Assembly: GCA_028023455.1 (NCBI GenBank)
Contig: JAQFVV010000002.1
Location: forward strand, 9,238,001 to 9,302,000
DNA length: 64,000 nucleotides
DNA from: Epiperipatus broadwayi
Taxonomy: Eukaryota; Animalia; Onychophora
Direction of reading: 5' to 3'
Shown piece after piece: positions 13,822-27,559 of the stretch; position 1 is the stretch's first letter, and the number at the start of each line of letters is the position of its first letter. The position numbers and the translations under genes are program-made. The notes beneath the pieces are model-generated. The model was not told the origin of the DNA. It saw nothing but the letters and a program-made list of their open reading frames with translations, and searched no databases.

Positions 13822-16499
13822 AATTGTAAACATACGCTATATAAAATAAATACTTATTTAATGTAAAGGAAATGTAAAATTCAGTGAATAAATGTAGTTC
13901 AAGTTAAGATAATTTTAGCATATAATTATATCTTTATTTAAAATCATTTTGGAAATGAGAAGTTTAGTCTGAATATCATAGAGAGCAAGTAGAACTTTTA
14001 GTCTGGTGAGTAAATATAAAATTAGATAATAGTACATAATTGTGAGATAAAGAAAAATGGTAAAAAATGAACTTTACTTTTGTAGAGATTACTCATATTT
14101 TTTAAGACCTAGAATTAAAATAATGATTGCATTAAAGATATTTTGGACCATTCAATTACTGGGTTTAAATTATAAAATAAATTATTTACAATAAGGAGAA
14201 TACATCATAAGTTTTTATCAGTTATTTAGTTTTAATTATTATTGTTATGAGTTCTGAGATAATACATTAAAGCTTGTTATTCCTAATTTATGCATAATGC
14301 AAGACATTTTCTGTGTATGCATAACTCCTTTTCATTATGGGTTTTAGTACTATTACTTGGAGCTTTATGAAAACTAAAATGTCTAGTGATCCTTCTAATT
14401 CAAAGAAAGAAAATAAATAAGTTGTGAAAATAAACTCAGAAAGTCTTTATCTGTAAAAAAAATAATTAGATTCTACATATGCATAATATTTACCATTAGC
14501 ATTTTGTTTTTCACAATAAATATATCAGTTTTAATTAGCAATTTTATTGTTAGTTTCTCAAATAATTATCAGAGTCTCATGTATTTGAATGGGAACTAAT
14601 GATTTTAAGAATTTGTTAAAAGTATGACTTCCAAGTAATTTATAAAAGTGAGAATCAGCAATAAGAATATAAATGAGAATTCATCAAATGTTAGTGAGAG
14701 CTTTAGAGATATAGGACAATGAAGACTCACTTTACTGTAAAATATGCAGAATTACAATAATGATTAAAGTGGATAAATTTTGATTTTAGACAATCAACCG
14801 TATGTCAAGTCAAAAGCATCTAAGATATTGGCTTCTATAATAAGGAATGAATATGAGTCACAATTGCTGTTGGTTAATCTTGGATAATTTTTTAATCAAC
14901 AGGACATTCACTTTACATGTTTTTTCACAGATTATGATAATATATCAGATGTTAAGCATTAACCATGTTACCATCTTGTTATATTAGTATATGTTGGAAA
15001 AATTTTGTCAAAGAATAATGGGTTAATTTTTCATAAACTATTAGAATATAGTCCTTGTAATACATTAAATGTTTTTATGCATTTAATTCAATATGATTTT
15101 TGTACAATTTTTTTTCTTTTTAATTTTGTATTTCACCAAGATAAATGATAGTTGCATGTTTTATAGTAGACTGATCATGATGAACACTAACTATCTGATG
15201 AAAAGGAACAACCTTGGATTATGGGGAAATTTTAATGCTGTCCTATACTTCCTGATAATTGACACCAATCGATCGAAGTTCTGTAATTTTATATTTGCCC
15301 TATTAGTATGAATCAGGTAGGAAGGGAATGCAATTCGCTCTAGATGGAGTGCCTACACCAGTGCAAATGACTCTAATATAATCCTAAAAGTGAAAGGAAT
15401 AACCTTGTAACTATAAATTTTCAAAAAAAATATTTATGTAAATGATAATTGATGTCTATAAATGAATTTTTCCATGTTTATTACTCTGTACAAACAAATT
15501 GTTTTCTAGAATAAAAGTTCTTTTTTAAAAAAAATCAAATAGTTGATTGTTCATGAGTTTGTAAGAAATATGGGCACTAGAAGTGATAGTTAAAACTATG
15601 GTTTATGGATCTTGAAATCTAGAGCCTCTACTCTATTCATCTATGGCAATATGCTTTATGGTAAGAATTATCTTTACAAAATTCAATATAAACTATTCAT
15701 CTATTTTATATTTGTTTTTTATTAAACTGAAAATTAAAAAGCCAGGAGGTTAAGGTGCATACTTATCTAAGTTTTAAAAAGTAATCACTATAACCACTAA
15801 CATTTGTACTGAATTCGTTAATAATCTAAAATAATATTTATCTTTTAAAATCATTTGTAGAAAATCATTTGAAGGAGGTTTTAAAAGTTGTAGTGTTATT
15901 GCCAAAATAAATTTGCAGAGGAATGTGTTGTTTGTAGATTGAATGATGTAAAATAAAATTGTTTATTTCATCAGCATATAAAAACTTCTGAGAATGCAAG
16001 TGACCACAAAAACTGGTAGGATTTAATGCTGATTTCATCTAACTAATAATATTTTTTTGCCCAGCAGCAGGTTGATGAATTATTAGTATTTTAGATATTG
16101 TTCACCTTTTTGGTTTGTTCTTACCAATCTTAAGTTAATACTAATGATCATCATTCATTTTTGTAAAAAATTTCTAAAGTTGCATACTTTTATCAGTTTT
16201 TACATTTTCTTTTTGAATAATGTAAAACAAGTTGATATAGTGAATGTGTTATGTAAAATTCATTTGGTATATAGACATATATTAAAAATTTTTTTGATTA
16301 AAGTCAATTTAAGTGGATCAACATTCTCTTAGAAAATTCAATGAAGAAAAAGTAGATTTGGTTTAAAATATATTAATATAAAGCAGCTAGAATGAGAAAA
16401 TTATTATCACAAGAAATTAACAATAATCAAAAATAGAAAATATACATTAATAATTAAAAAAATAGATAAATTTAAAAAAAATTAATTTATTCATATAAA

Positions 16500-17500
16500 C
16501 AGAAAATTAGATAGATCAGGATGAACTAGATTATGTAATATTCAATAAAAAAAATAAATGTATTAAATAAAATGAAAAATGGCAAAGCATGGAAACAGCT
16601 GAAATTCATTCATTTCATTCAATATTTCAAATAAGAATGAGAAGTGTTTGAATAAAATAGTTAATATTTTTAAATAATTATTAACCAGAAAAATAATAAA
16701 TGTCAAAAGCAATGAAATGTGAGGATTTTTAAAGCAAAATGCTTTATCTCAGGTATAGCTAAGGCCTTATGAAAGAATCTAAAATAAGCATATTTTTAAT
16801 GGAATATATTTGTTGATCTGAAAAGCAGTTTAATTTAGAAAAGATAGATGCAATTAAAGTTTTGAGAACTATTGTTAAGAAATACAGTATAGTAAAAAAG
16901 AAATGACATTAATATTTGTGTTGATGTTCTTTTAAAAGATATTGAATGTAATGTTTCTATGAAAAATTATATGTGAATCAGAAGTTATTTGTAAGTTTAA
17001 ATATAATTTTTATTGAAAAGATAAATAGAAAAGGAAGTAATGCAGGAATGATGATCATTTTTTAAAAATGAATCTAATATAGAGGATAGAAAAGTTTGTT
17101 AAATCATATTTGATAATATGTTAGTAGCTTTAGCTAGTGAGTATAAATTTAATACAGTATTATATAAAATTCATAAAAATTTTTGAAGATTTTGTGTGAA
17201 TATAAATAAAATTAAAGCAAGGAAAATATGCACTGTAAAAAGAACAGTATTAAGGATTTTAAATATTTAGTATTTTATTAACTGAAGATGGAAGTAGAAA
17301 TAAAGAAATTATTATTGAAATTGCAATCAATAAACAGTTTTAAATAAGAATAAAAAATTAGTTTACTCTATAATGAAATGAAATTTAAAAAGAGAATCAT
17401 CAAATAACTATTTTGTTAGATGTATAACTTTTTATGGATCAATATAAGACAATAAAAAGTTAAAATTAAAATGATTATTAATATTTAAATGAGTGTTAAT
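16500..17500 (+). mobile_element. Decayed RTE-clade LINE, RT 3' half
   Basis: Traces of GVxQG (ggaagtaatgcagga), IxFxDD-like (atcatatttgataatatg) and TEDGRxxKEI (actgaagatggaagtagaaataaagaaatt) in the expected order. Confidence 0.5.
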
Positions 17501-19874
17501 ATTTATCTAATAAAATTCTATATTGTTAGGTATTTTTTTACAGGAGATGTATTTCTTTTACATCGGTTCTAAATTTGAATAATCAAGAGATGTCAGATAA
17601 TGCTTAATAAATCCTTATTCTATTATCACTTACCCATATCCCTAGAATAGTTTCTAACATATGGTTTTCATCATTAAGAAATTTTAGATCTTGATCTAGT
17701 ACATGTGTAATTTTTATATTTAATGCATTTTTCCTCCAATAACCATCTAGCATTTATTAAATACTCAGATTATATTAGATGGCAGACCTGAAAGAGATTT
17801 GCTACACAAAAGTTTTATGTAAGCTGGTAATATATGGTATTTATTTTATGACAATGTATATGATATGAGAATGCTGAATGTATACTTGGTACAATAAATG
17901 TTACTATATTTTATATTTAAACTCTATATGATTAGAATGACAGAGTATCAAAATGTAATAGATAACTATCACATCTGTATAACTATGCAAAATGTTGGCT
18001 TATATTAAAAACAATAAGATGTTTTTGAATTTTAAATTGATAGCTTGATAGTAAACAAGGGATAATATATAGTTTCTGAAAAAAGATGCATTAGATCCAA
18101 ATATCCAAAAGCACTAGATCCAAACTAAAAATTAATCTGAAGATATGGAAAGAATAACGCAGGATAGGAAATTATTAAGCACTACCATCATTACTCAAGC
18201 TTATATTAAGTGACAGAACTGAAAATGAAAAAAAAAAAGATCTACATAAAAATATTCTGTAAGCTGAGTTTTCATAGTGTGAAATGTTCGATTGTTACAT
18301 TACATCATTAATTTTCATTCCAGAAAATATATGGATTTCTGTCTTCTAAAATTGTCCAGAATAACTTATAATAACATTTTTAAATATATATATATACATA
18401 TATTTTGAGCTTATAAAGCAAAAAAAAATGTCTAGAAGAATATTTAAAAGGTTTGCCAAATCTGATGTTCAAATAAGAGATATTCAGAATATTTTAGAAA
18501 TTTTTTTTTTGTCTGTAAATGCATAACTGATTGTCTTGAGTAGTTTCCAAAAATTAAGGATGTTCACTGAAGGTGTCATATTACTTTCTATAAGTAGATA
18601 CAATATTCACTTGAGTATTTCTGTTGCTTTTAATATTTCTTTTAAAATCTTTTAATTGTATTTAGTTAGAAAATATTTACAGCTATAACCCATACACTTA
18701 TACCTCATCAATTTTATTTGATTTGACTGCTAAAATTCTTTTTTTTTTAAATTTTAGATAAGTTTATATACAATTGTCTTGGTTTTTTAAATCCAGTATT
18801 TACAATTTTAAAATGAATTAAATGTACTATAACTTGATAACATGTTATTAAAACAAAAATTATGATTAAAATTATTTCTAATGATTAACATATTTTAATC
18901 TATAATTTTAATAGAAACAAATAAAGCTGATGTTTACGGAAGTTGTAGAAATCACAATAATACCAGTGAATATTTTTAATATGTACTATCCATATGTATT
19001 CATATATGCATATGGGTTTAAATATTAAAAAAGAATGTATTTGTATCAATTTAAAATTCTGTTTTTAATGTATTTTAATTATTTTGAATTTTAAGATATT
19101 TTCTTTGATTGATCAAAATTGTATTGAAATATGTTTGTTCATAAAATCATTTTTTCTTAATTTTTGCATGAAACCCATCTAGTTATAAGCATGTTGCAAA
19201 TGTTATAATTATAATAATTTTGTGTTATGAAACAGTACCACTCATTTCTGTAGTGTTAATTTAATGTTTTATGTACAATTGTATTTTTAAGATCTTTTAT
19301 AAGTTTGTTAGTTTATATTGCATAAAAATTTTGTTGTAGCATGTTATGTTTTTAATTATAGCAACTTTTTGTTATTAACAATGATTATTTTTACATGTTT
19401 TTAATATTAACATTTTTGCATTATTAGCCATCATTACTTTGACATATAAGCTATGATATTTGTTTACTTTTTTATTTTTGCTACTAAAGTGTTAAATATA
19501 TAAAATATAGATTTTTTAAAATAATTTTCATATTCTAAGAATACAAACAAAGCAAATGCAAACATTAAATGATGTACAGTCTGGTAATATGAGCATATCT
19601 GTTTATGATTTTAATTTAATTAAAAAAATATTAGTATTTGTTTACATTTGTATACAACAAGTTATATATTATATATGATGGATATACAATAATTGAATGT
19701 TTTTTTTCTTCAAAAAATTGTTAATACAGTCAAGATAATGTATTCTTTAATGAATAATATTTCTATAATTTTCACTATGCCACTCTCATGCAAGGTAGGA
19801 GCTGGTTTCTATCCACTTTTAACACCTTGTAGAGGGATATAATGATCAAAGACATATGAAAAAGATGTATAATC

Positions 19875-19916
19875 CTAAGATACACATTTCATGCTGAACC
19901 AGCACTCATTAGTTGG
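19875..19916 (-). ncRNA. Degenerate minimal type I hammerhead ribozyme, copy A
   Basis: ccaa CTAATGA gtgctg gtt cagcat GAAA tgtgta tc ttag. Confidence 0.7.
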
Positions 19917-20231
19917 CCCAGAACTACAAACTCTTGCACATACCTTTATATCATTATTCAGTATGTATATATAGATAGCAAACTACTATAGTTTAATTAA
20001 TGTGTCACATTTGCTGCTTTCATAATGTTGATGCAAACCACTTAATGGACCTATATTAATATATTTTACTATTCATTCATTAGACTAGAGATTAATGAAT
20101 AATATTTTTGTAGTGTAATTTTCACTACACTATTCTCATTCAAGGTACGGACTGGTTTTTGTCCACTTTTAACAGTTTATAGAGGGGTGTAATCATATGA
20201 CCAAAGACAATTTGAAAAAGATGTATGATTT

Positions 20232-20273
20232 ACAAGATGCATATTTCATGCTGTACCAGCACTCATCATTTGG
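20232..20273 (-). ncRNA. Degenerate minimal type I hammerhead ribozyme, copy B (357 bp from copy A)
   Basis: ccaa ATGATGA gtgctg gta cagcat GAAA tatgca tc ttgt. Confidence 0.7.
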
Positions 20274-20390
20274 CCCAGACCACAATCTCTTACTCATATC
20301 TTTATATCATTGTTCTGTTAGACTGTAATAGTTTGCTATCTATATATACTGAACAATGATGTAAAGATGTGTTTGAGATTGTGGTCTGGA

Positions 20391-20432
20391 CCAACTGATG
20401 GATGCTATTTCAGCATGAAATTTGCATCTTGG
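20391..20432 (+). ncRNA. Degenerate minimal type I hammerhead ribozyme, copy C
   Basis: ccaa CTGATGG atgcta ttt cagcat GAAA tttgca tc ttgg. Confidence 0.7.
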
Positions 20433-20962
20433 GGATCATTTTCTTTGGTCATATGTTTATAATTGCATACCTCTAAAAGTGGATAAAAACCAGTCCCTAC
20501 CTTGCATGAGAGTGATATATTGAAAATTACACTACAGAAATATTATTCATTATTGGATAATCTTTAGTCTAATGAATGACTAATAAAAATTATTAATGTA
20601 TTCTTTAATTTATATTAACTATTTTTTCTTTTCTGAACAAATAAGTCAGCTACTAGTTTAGAAACATAAAATTATATTAGTTATTCTGTAATTAGAACAT
20701 AAATGTATATATCAGTCATAGAAAGTAAATATTTTGTTCATTTTTTTCAAGGGGCCAAAGAAAATAAATTTATCAGATAAGAAATAATTTAAGTACTATT
20801 CATTGAAATGTTGTACATGTAAAGTACAACTTAAACATTAACATTAACCATAACTCACATATTAATATTTCATACTTATTATTTTCAAAACACATAAATA
20901 ATATAAAATACAGTTGTATTTATATGTTGGACTAAATCCATCATCAAATATGAGTGTTTAAT

Positions 20963-23031
20963 GTTTTTAGAGAAATTTAACTTTATTTAAATATTCCAAA
21001 TACATTCAACTGTTAGTGATAATGCACAAGTTAGTATATGTACAATATTTCAAAAGGTATTATTCTCCCCTCTTCTTCAGATGTTGCTGGCCTGACCAGT
21101 GACAGTACTAGAATAAGAATAGAATCTGGACCCTTAGATTTTTCGAATATTGAATATTAAGGTAACATTTTAACCAACTGAGCTATTCTGCCAAAAGCAA
21201 GTCAGTAGAAATTTCATATACTTATCTATGAGATACCTCCTGATTCCTCCACTCTTTTCTAAGAGCAAAGTTAATTTGTGGTTTCCATACAGTATGTATA
21301 GTTGCACTAGGTTGACATATGGAATTTTTTGCCATTGTCATGAGAACAGCTTCTTTAAATTTTCTTCTTTGTATGTTTTCTTCTCTATCCAATATTTTTG
21401 TATTTTCCCAATTGAACATATGTTCATTGGTACATACAAAGTCTGCTACCTTAGAGATATCTGTTTTCTCTCTTTTAATCGTACATTTGTTCTTGCAAGT
21501 GCTTTTCAATGGGACAACTGGTCTCGCCAATATACATTCTTCCACATTCACTTGGTATTTCATAAATGTATTTTTTTGCTATTCAGCATTTCATGTTTAG
21601 GCTTTGTAGATGTTAGAATTACTTGTAATGTGGTATGGCTCTGAAAAGCTGTTCTGATGTTATACTGATTGCAAATTTTCCTTAATTTGTATGCTATTTT
21701 TGGCATGTAAGAGTACAATACAGTACCAATAATTGTTTTTTTCTTTTGATGGTACTTTTTGTTGTCTATTTAAGGTTTTCTTAATAATGGCTAATGAATA
21801 ATCATTTTTGATAAGTGTTTATTCTTTATAGATCTTTTTTTTTTCAAATCACTTGTTTCTAAAAAAAACTTCTTGTTCTGTTCCATAGTGATAGTATAAC
21901 TCCATGTTTTGTGTTTCTGGTGTAATTGGATGTATAGGCTAAGTATTTTTCTATCTGTGTGAGTTTTTGATAAACTGTAGTTTTGATTTTGCCATGAGGG
22001 AATCTTGTCACAAGAACATCTAAAAATGCTAATATTTGTTCTTTTTCTGATTCTATTATGAATTTAATTGAAGGGTATATGTTGGTGACATGTTTCCAGA
22101 AAGTTTGTGGTTGTGCTTCCCATATGGCCTTACAACAAATGCATCATCTACATAGCGAAGCCAAACTTTAGATGGATATGGAGTAGTTTTTATAGCTGTG
22201 GGTAATGTTCTTCCATGTAAATGTTGCTAATCATGGGTGACAATTATGAGCCCATAGCCATATCTTGATTTTGTTGGAAGAATTCTGTTATATTGAAGTA
22301 GGCTGTTTTTATGCAGAAATGTTAATAGTTCCATTATACTATCAGTAGGAAGAGTTCTGATTTGTAAGCTACTATCACCATTTAATGTTTTCCATACAAT
22401 AAAAAATGGTTCTTCGCATGGTATATTTGTGAATAAACTTTTCACATCAAAGCTTACCAGTAAGTTAGTTCTTTCAATTTTCATGTCCTTGATTAATTCT
22501 ACAAAGTGACTAGAAACCCTGACAAAGGAGTGGGTCTTGTATGCCAAAAGACTTAGAACTTTGAGAAGAAATCTTGACATATTTCTAGAACTATTAATAG
22601 GTCGTAATGGAACATGATCCTTATGGATTTTAGGTAAAACATAAAGGTGAGGAATTTTGTTGGAAATATGATGTTATTTTACTTTTTTCTGTATCACCAA
22701 AGTGCCTGCAGTGCTTTCTAAGTAATGCTTGGAACTTTGTTTTTGTACTCGATATCAGATTTTTTGCCACTTTTCTCTATTGACCCACTATGAGGAGTTC
22801 TTGCATTTTCTTGTCATAATCAGTTATATCCATTACAATAACTGTTGCATTACCTTTGTCAGAAGTGAAAATAATTATGGATTTGTCTTTTTTGATAAAT
22901 TTAATGGCTTTCCTCTTATCATAGAATATGTCTGACTTCAATTTTTGTTACTTCTCAAGTGTTTTTTTTAATTCTCCAGCATAATTCTGCTGCTTCTTCT
23001 AAAGGCAATTTATAAGTGATTTCCTCAATGG
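20963..23031 (-). mobile_element. 5'-truncated Penelope-like element (Penelope/Poseidon type), left arm of the palindrome
   Basis: Minus-strand translation gives SDKGNATVIVMD, LYVLPKIHKDHVPLRPI, LVSFDVKSLFTNIP (RT) and HMFNWENTKILDREENIQRRKFKEA (GIY-YIG C-terminus); multiple stops and frameshifts. Confidence 0.9.
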
Positions 23032-24755
23032 TTGCCTTTAGAAGAAACAGCAGAATTATGCTGAAGAATAAAAAGAACACTTGTCAAGCAACAAAAATTG
23101 AAGTCAAACATATCCCATGGTGAGAGAAAAACAATTATATCCCTCAAAGTCGATAAATCTATAATTATTTTCCCTGATGACAAAAGCAATGCATCAGTTG
23201 TAATGGATACAAGTGTTTATGACATCAAAATACAAGAACTCCTCACAGCAGGCCAATAGAGAAAAATGACAAAAAATCTGATAAGTCACAAGTATTACTT
23301 AGCAAGCAATACAGGTACTTCAATGATACAGAAAAAAGTAAAATAACATCATATTTTAACTAAATTCCTCACCTTTATGGTTTATCTAAAACCCATAAGG
23401 ATCATGTTTCATTATGACCCTATTGTTTTAGAAATTCACCTTGCCAAAATTTGTCAAGATTTCTTCTCAAAGCTCTAAGCCTTTTGGCAAACAAGAGCAG
23501 TCTTTTATGAGGGATTCTAATCATATTGTAGAATTAATCACGATCATGAAAATTGAAAGAACTGACTTATGATAAGTTTCAATGTGGAAAGTTTATTCCC
23601 AAATGTTCTATGTGAAGAAGCATTATATATTGTAAAGAAAAGATTAAATGGTGATAATAGTTTACAAACCAGAACAACTCTTCCTATTGACAGTATAATT
23701 GAACTATTAACATTCTACATTAAAACAACATACTTTCAATATAATACAGAATACTTTCAACAAAATCCAGGAATGGCTATGGGTTCACCATTGTACTCCT
23801 GATTAGCAATATTTACATAGAATAACTTGAAACCACAGCTATAAAATTATTCCATATTCACCTACTTTAGATTTACTATGTGGATGATATATTTGTTGTA
23901 TGGATACTTGGTGAAGGACTATTACATACTTTCTGGAAACACATCAACAACATCTCATCTTCAACTAAATTCACAATAGAATCAGAGCAAAAACAAAAAT
24001 TGACATTCATAGATACTCTTATGACAAGACTCCCTAATCGCAAAATCAAAACTACAGTTTACCAAAAATCCACACATATAGGAAAATACTTATCCTATAC
24101 ATCCAATAACACCAAAAACACAAAACATGAAGTTATAATATCATTATGGAACAGAACAAAAGAAGCTTGTTCAGAAAGCAGTGATTTGGAAAAAGAAAAT
24201 ATCTATATAGAACAAACGCTTATGAAAAATGCTTATCCATCAGCTGTTATTAAGAAAATATTCAATAGACAACAAATAGAACCATCAAAAGAAAAAAAAA
24301 TCAAGGAAAGTCTGAAATCAGTAGTATAACATCAGAACAGCTTCCCAGAACCATACCACACTATGAGGAATTTTAACATCTACAAAACCTAAACTTGAAA
24401 TGCTGAAAAAGAAAAACTGCATCTATGAAATATGTGAATGTGGAAGAACTTATATTAATAAGACTAGTTATCCAATTGAAAAGCACTTGCAAGAACACAA
24501 ACTGAGGATCATACAGATGTGTCTTAGATCAGACATGTATGTGCCAATGAACATATACTCAATTGGGAAAACAAAAATATTGGATAGAGAAGATAAGGTA
24601 CAAAGAAGAAAATTTAAAGAAGCTGCTCACATGGCAATGGCAAACAATCACATAAGTCAATCTAAACCTAATCAATTTTGCTCTTAGGAAAAAGTGGAGA
24701 AATCAGGAGGAATCTTATAAATAAGTATATAAAAATTTTTACTGACTGTTGCCTT

Positions 24756-24840
24756 TGGCAGGATGGCTCAGTTGATTAGAGTGTTACCTTAAAATTCAAT
24801 ACTCAAAGAATCAAGTTCTATTCTCATTCTAGTATTGCCA
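24756..24840 (+). other. tRNA-like segment in the PLE 3' UTR (mirror copy at 21100-21193, minus strand)
   Basis: TGGCAG...TGGCTCAGTTGATTAGAG (A-box/D-arm-like)...GTTCTATTC (B-box-like)...TTGCCA; the ends can pair and finish in CCA. Not a functional tRNA. Confidence 0.5.
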
Positions 24841-24852
24841 CTGATCAGATCA

Positions 24853-24900
24853 GCAACACCTGGAGAAGAGGGAAGAATAAGACCTCTCGAAATATTGTGC
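24853..24900 (+). ncRNA. Hammerhead-like core in the PLE 3' end (mirror copy at 21040-21087, minus strand)
   Basis: CTG(G/A)AGA-agaggg-loop-cctct-CGAAA in the right arm; CTGAAGA...TGAAA in the left arm. Stem I/III partner and cleavage triplet not resolved. Confidence 0.45.
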
Positions 24901-27349
24901 TATTATTTAACAGTTGAATGTAATTGGAATATTTGAATAAAGTTAAATTCACAACTAAAACCCCATCATCACAAACCTTCTGGAAAGTAATATATGCAGT
25001 ACATTTTCATACAATTTTAATATCAAAATAATTATATATGTTTAAAATATCAATCTTAATTACAATGTTTAGATAAGATTACTTTTTCTTAACAAATGTT
25101 TTTATCTAATAATTAATTTGTTATAAAAAGTAATTTATTTAATTGTTTAATTTGATAAACTATAATAATTATAAATAAATAGTTTATAATCAATGTATTT
25201 ATATACTTTGCACTAAAAGTAATTATTTTTCCAACACAATTGGTATATTTATATTTAACTTGAAATAATATCATAAGGTCCAAAAATCAGTTTACTCATT
25301 CTTTTGTGATCCCCCATGCTTTTATTTTAAGTTAAATATAAAAACCCCAAGTAATTAAAAGCATTGAGTATAAAATATTTTTATATCTATTATTATTTAG
25401 TTTTTATTATTCGGATTATAATCAAAGTTGAAAGTAAAATCATAAGCATTAAATGTCTTGTTCACAATATTCTTTTGTTCATCCATCCTCTGCTGTATAT
25501 TTAAAAAAGTAACCTACCTAAGATATTTGTCATTTTGCATCACCAGTAGTGACTTATGAAAAATTACCAAATTTAAACAAATCATAGTGAATATTAATTT
25601 ATAAATTCTTGGATTTTAAATTTTTATTCTAACTTCAGTAAAAGCATTTAACTGAAACAATCATCTAACAATATATATATATGTCCCCCTTTCACACACA
25701 TTGCTGAAATTTTTTATAATTTTTAAGCAACTTATTTTAAATTTGATATCAAAATAGTTCAAATTTTATCTACCCACTGCTCTATATTTAACTTTATCAT
25801 CACACTCAAGCAGTGTGGAAGATTTTAACAATTAAATTTGTGGGTTTTTATCCCCTGGTGAAAATTTTGTGAAACTTTTCTTACGGCTTTAAAATTCATC
25901 TATATTTTCTAATATTTTAGTTACAAAAAAAAATCAAAATATGATGAGAAAATCGAATATCAGTATTATAAAGAAACTTTAACCATTGTTTGATGATTAT
26001 ACATTGTTAATTTGGCAATCATGAACTTTTCCAAGTGTATTTCACGGAAAATTATGATCGCTAAGAAAATATTACAATGGTTTAAAAACTTACTTTTTTA
26101 GAAAAATTATGAATGTATTTGTATCATAAGTGTAAAAATTATTAAAAATAAACAATAAATATTTGTTTTTTACAGAAGTGTTTTATTTTTAAATATAAAA
26201 TTTTTTCTTCTGAATATTGTTACTATAGAGATTATGGTCACAGGAAGACACAGTTTTGTAGGAATGAGATCACTCACCTAATTGTTATTATATTTAGCAA
26301 TATCTTAAAAATTACAAAAAATTCTAAACTTTTAAATCATAAAATGATATATTTAGTAGTTATTAAAAAATGTGTTCAGATTTTTTATCAAACATGAAAC
26401 AAAGAAGATTTCATTCATTTTGCAAGTTGAATCTGTTCAACCTAAAATTTGATGACATATGACAGCATGTTGTTTTTATTAAAATATAATTTTTAAAATA
26501 ATTCCAAAAATAAGATGTGATTTTTTAAAAAAATTATTTAATTTTTAAACAAAAATATTGAATGAGGTCAGATTTATTATATTCTGATAAATAATAATGG
26601 TTTAATATTAAAGTGAAAGTTGAAAGCTTAAATCTAGTGAGAATAAAGAAATCTGTCAAAATACTGGAGGGTTAAGAAATTAATGAATCTATCTAAAATA
26701 TTTTAATGTTACATTGCATTGCCAGTGATTTATATCAAGTGTATCAAATTTAAACAAATTCTTTTGTATATAAATATATTAAATCTCAATTTTAAAATTT
26801 TATTCTAACATAAATAAAAATATTGAATAAAAAATAATTTAATTGACATTTATTTGGATAAATCTTAAATTATTATTGTGAACAAAAAAAAAATAAGAAA
26901 GGTTGGGAACATAGTTAATTATTTATAATTTTTAAAAAAGTAAAAATAAACAGTAATCATGATGATTATTTAAAAAAATTAAAGTAACAATAATATCATT
27001 TGAAGTTTTTAAAAAACTATCCATAATAAAAACTTTTGTAATAGGATTAAAATTTATGAGTAAAAAATGACAGTTCAAAAATTGATGAATCTGGAAAAAG
27101 AAATATGTATTTTTATAGTACTAATTTTGGACCTAAAAAAACGTTGATGAATTTAGAAAAACATTTTATGTGTGCATGATGGATTGAGAATTCATATATT
27201 TTATCATGAATCAACCATGTAAGCACAAATAATCAATAAATATCATATGGTATTGTTTTTGGTTATTGGCCTTCTCATTTGTAAGCCCAATTTTATCTCC
27301 TAAAAGGATTGATGTGAATTGCTGCTGTAATAATGGAGATAAAATGTAA

Positions 27350-27445
27350 GTAAAAGAAATCATTATTATTTTTATATGATTTAATATAAAAAATGTAGTA
27401 AAAGAAATCATTATTATTTTTATATGATTTAATATAAAAAATGTA
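27350..27445. repeat. 48-bp tandem duplication
   Basis: gtaaaagaaatcattattatttttatatgatttaatataaaaaatgta occurs twice in tandem. Confidence 0.85.
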
Positions 27446-27559
27446 ATAATTAAAAATAAAGTATTTATTTTATAATAAAATTACTACAAAGATAATTATT
27501 TTATAATATTCATAATCATCAACATTATTTTCAATAATTATCAATCCATTTCTAAGTTT

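Larger units (their letters stand above)
19748..20600. mobile_element. Hammerhead-bearing repeat cluster (retrozyme / Penelope pLTR-like): two minus-strand copies in tandem plus one inverted copy forming a fold-back
   Basis: Copies at ~19748-19995 (-), ~20053-20318 (-) and ~20320-20600 (+) share a ~230-270-bp unit; the last two form a palindrome. Confidence 0.8.
23032..24961 (+). mobile_element. 5'-truncated Penelope-like element, right arm of the palindrome
   Basis: DDKSNASVVMD, MISFNVESLFPNV, GMAMGSPL, VDDIFVVW, LTFIDTL, VYQKSTHIGKYL (RT) and CIYEICECGRTYI (GIY-YIG); reverse complement of the left arm throughout. Confidence 0.9.
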
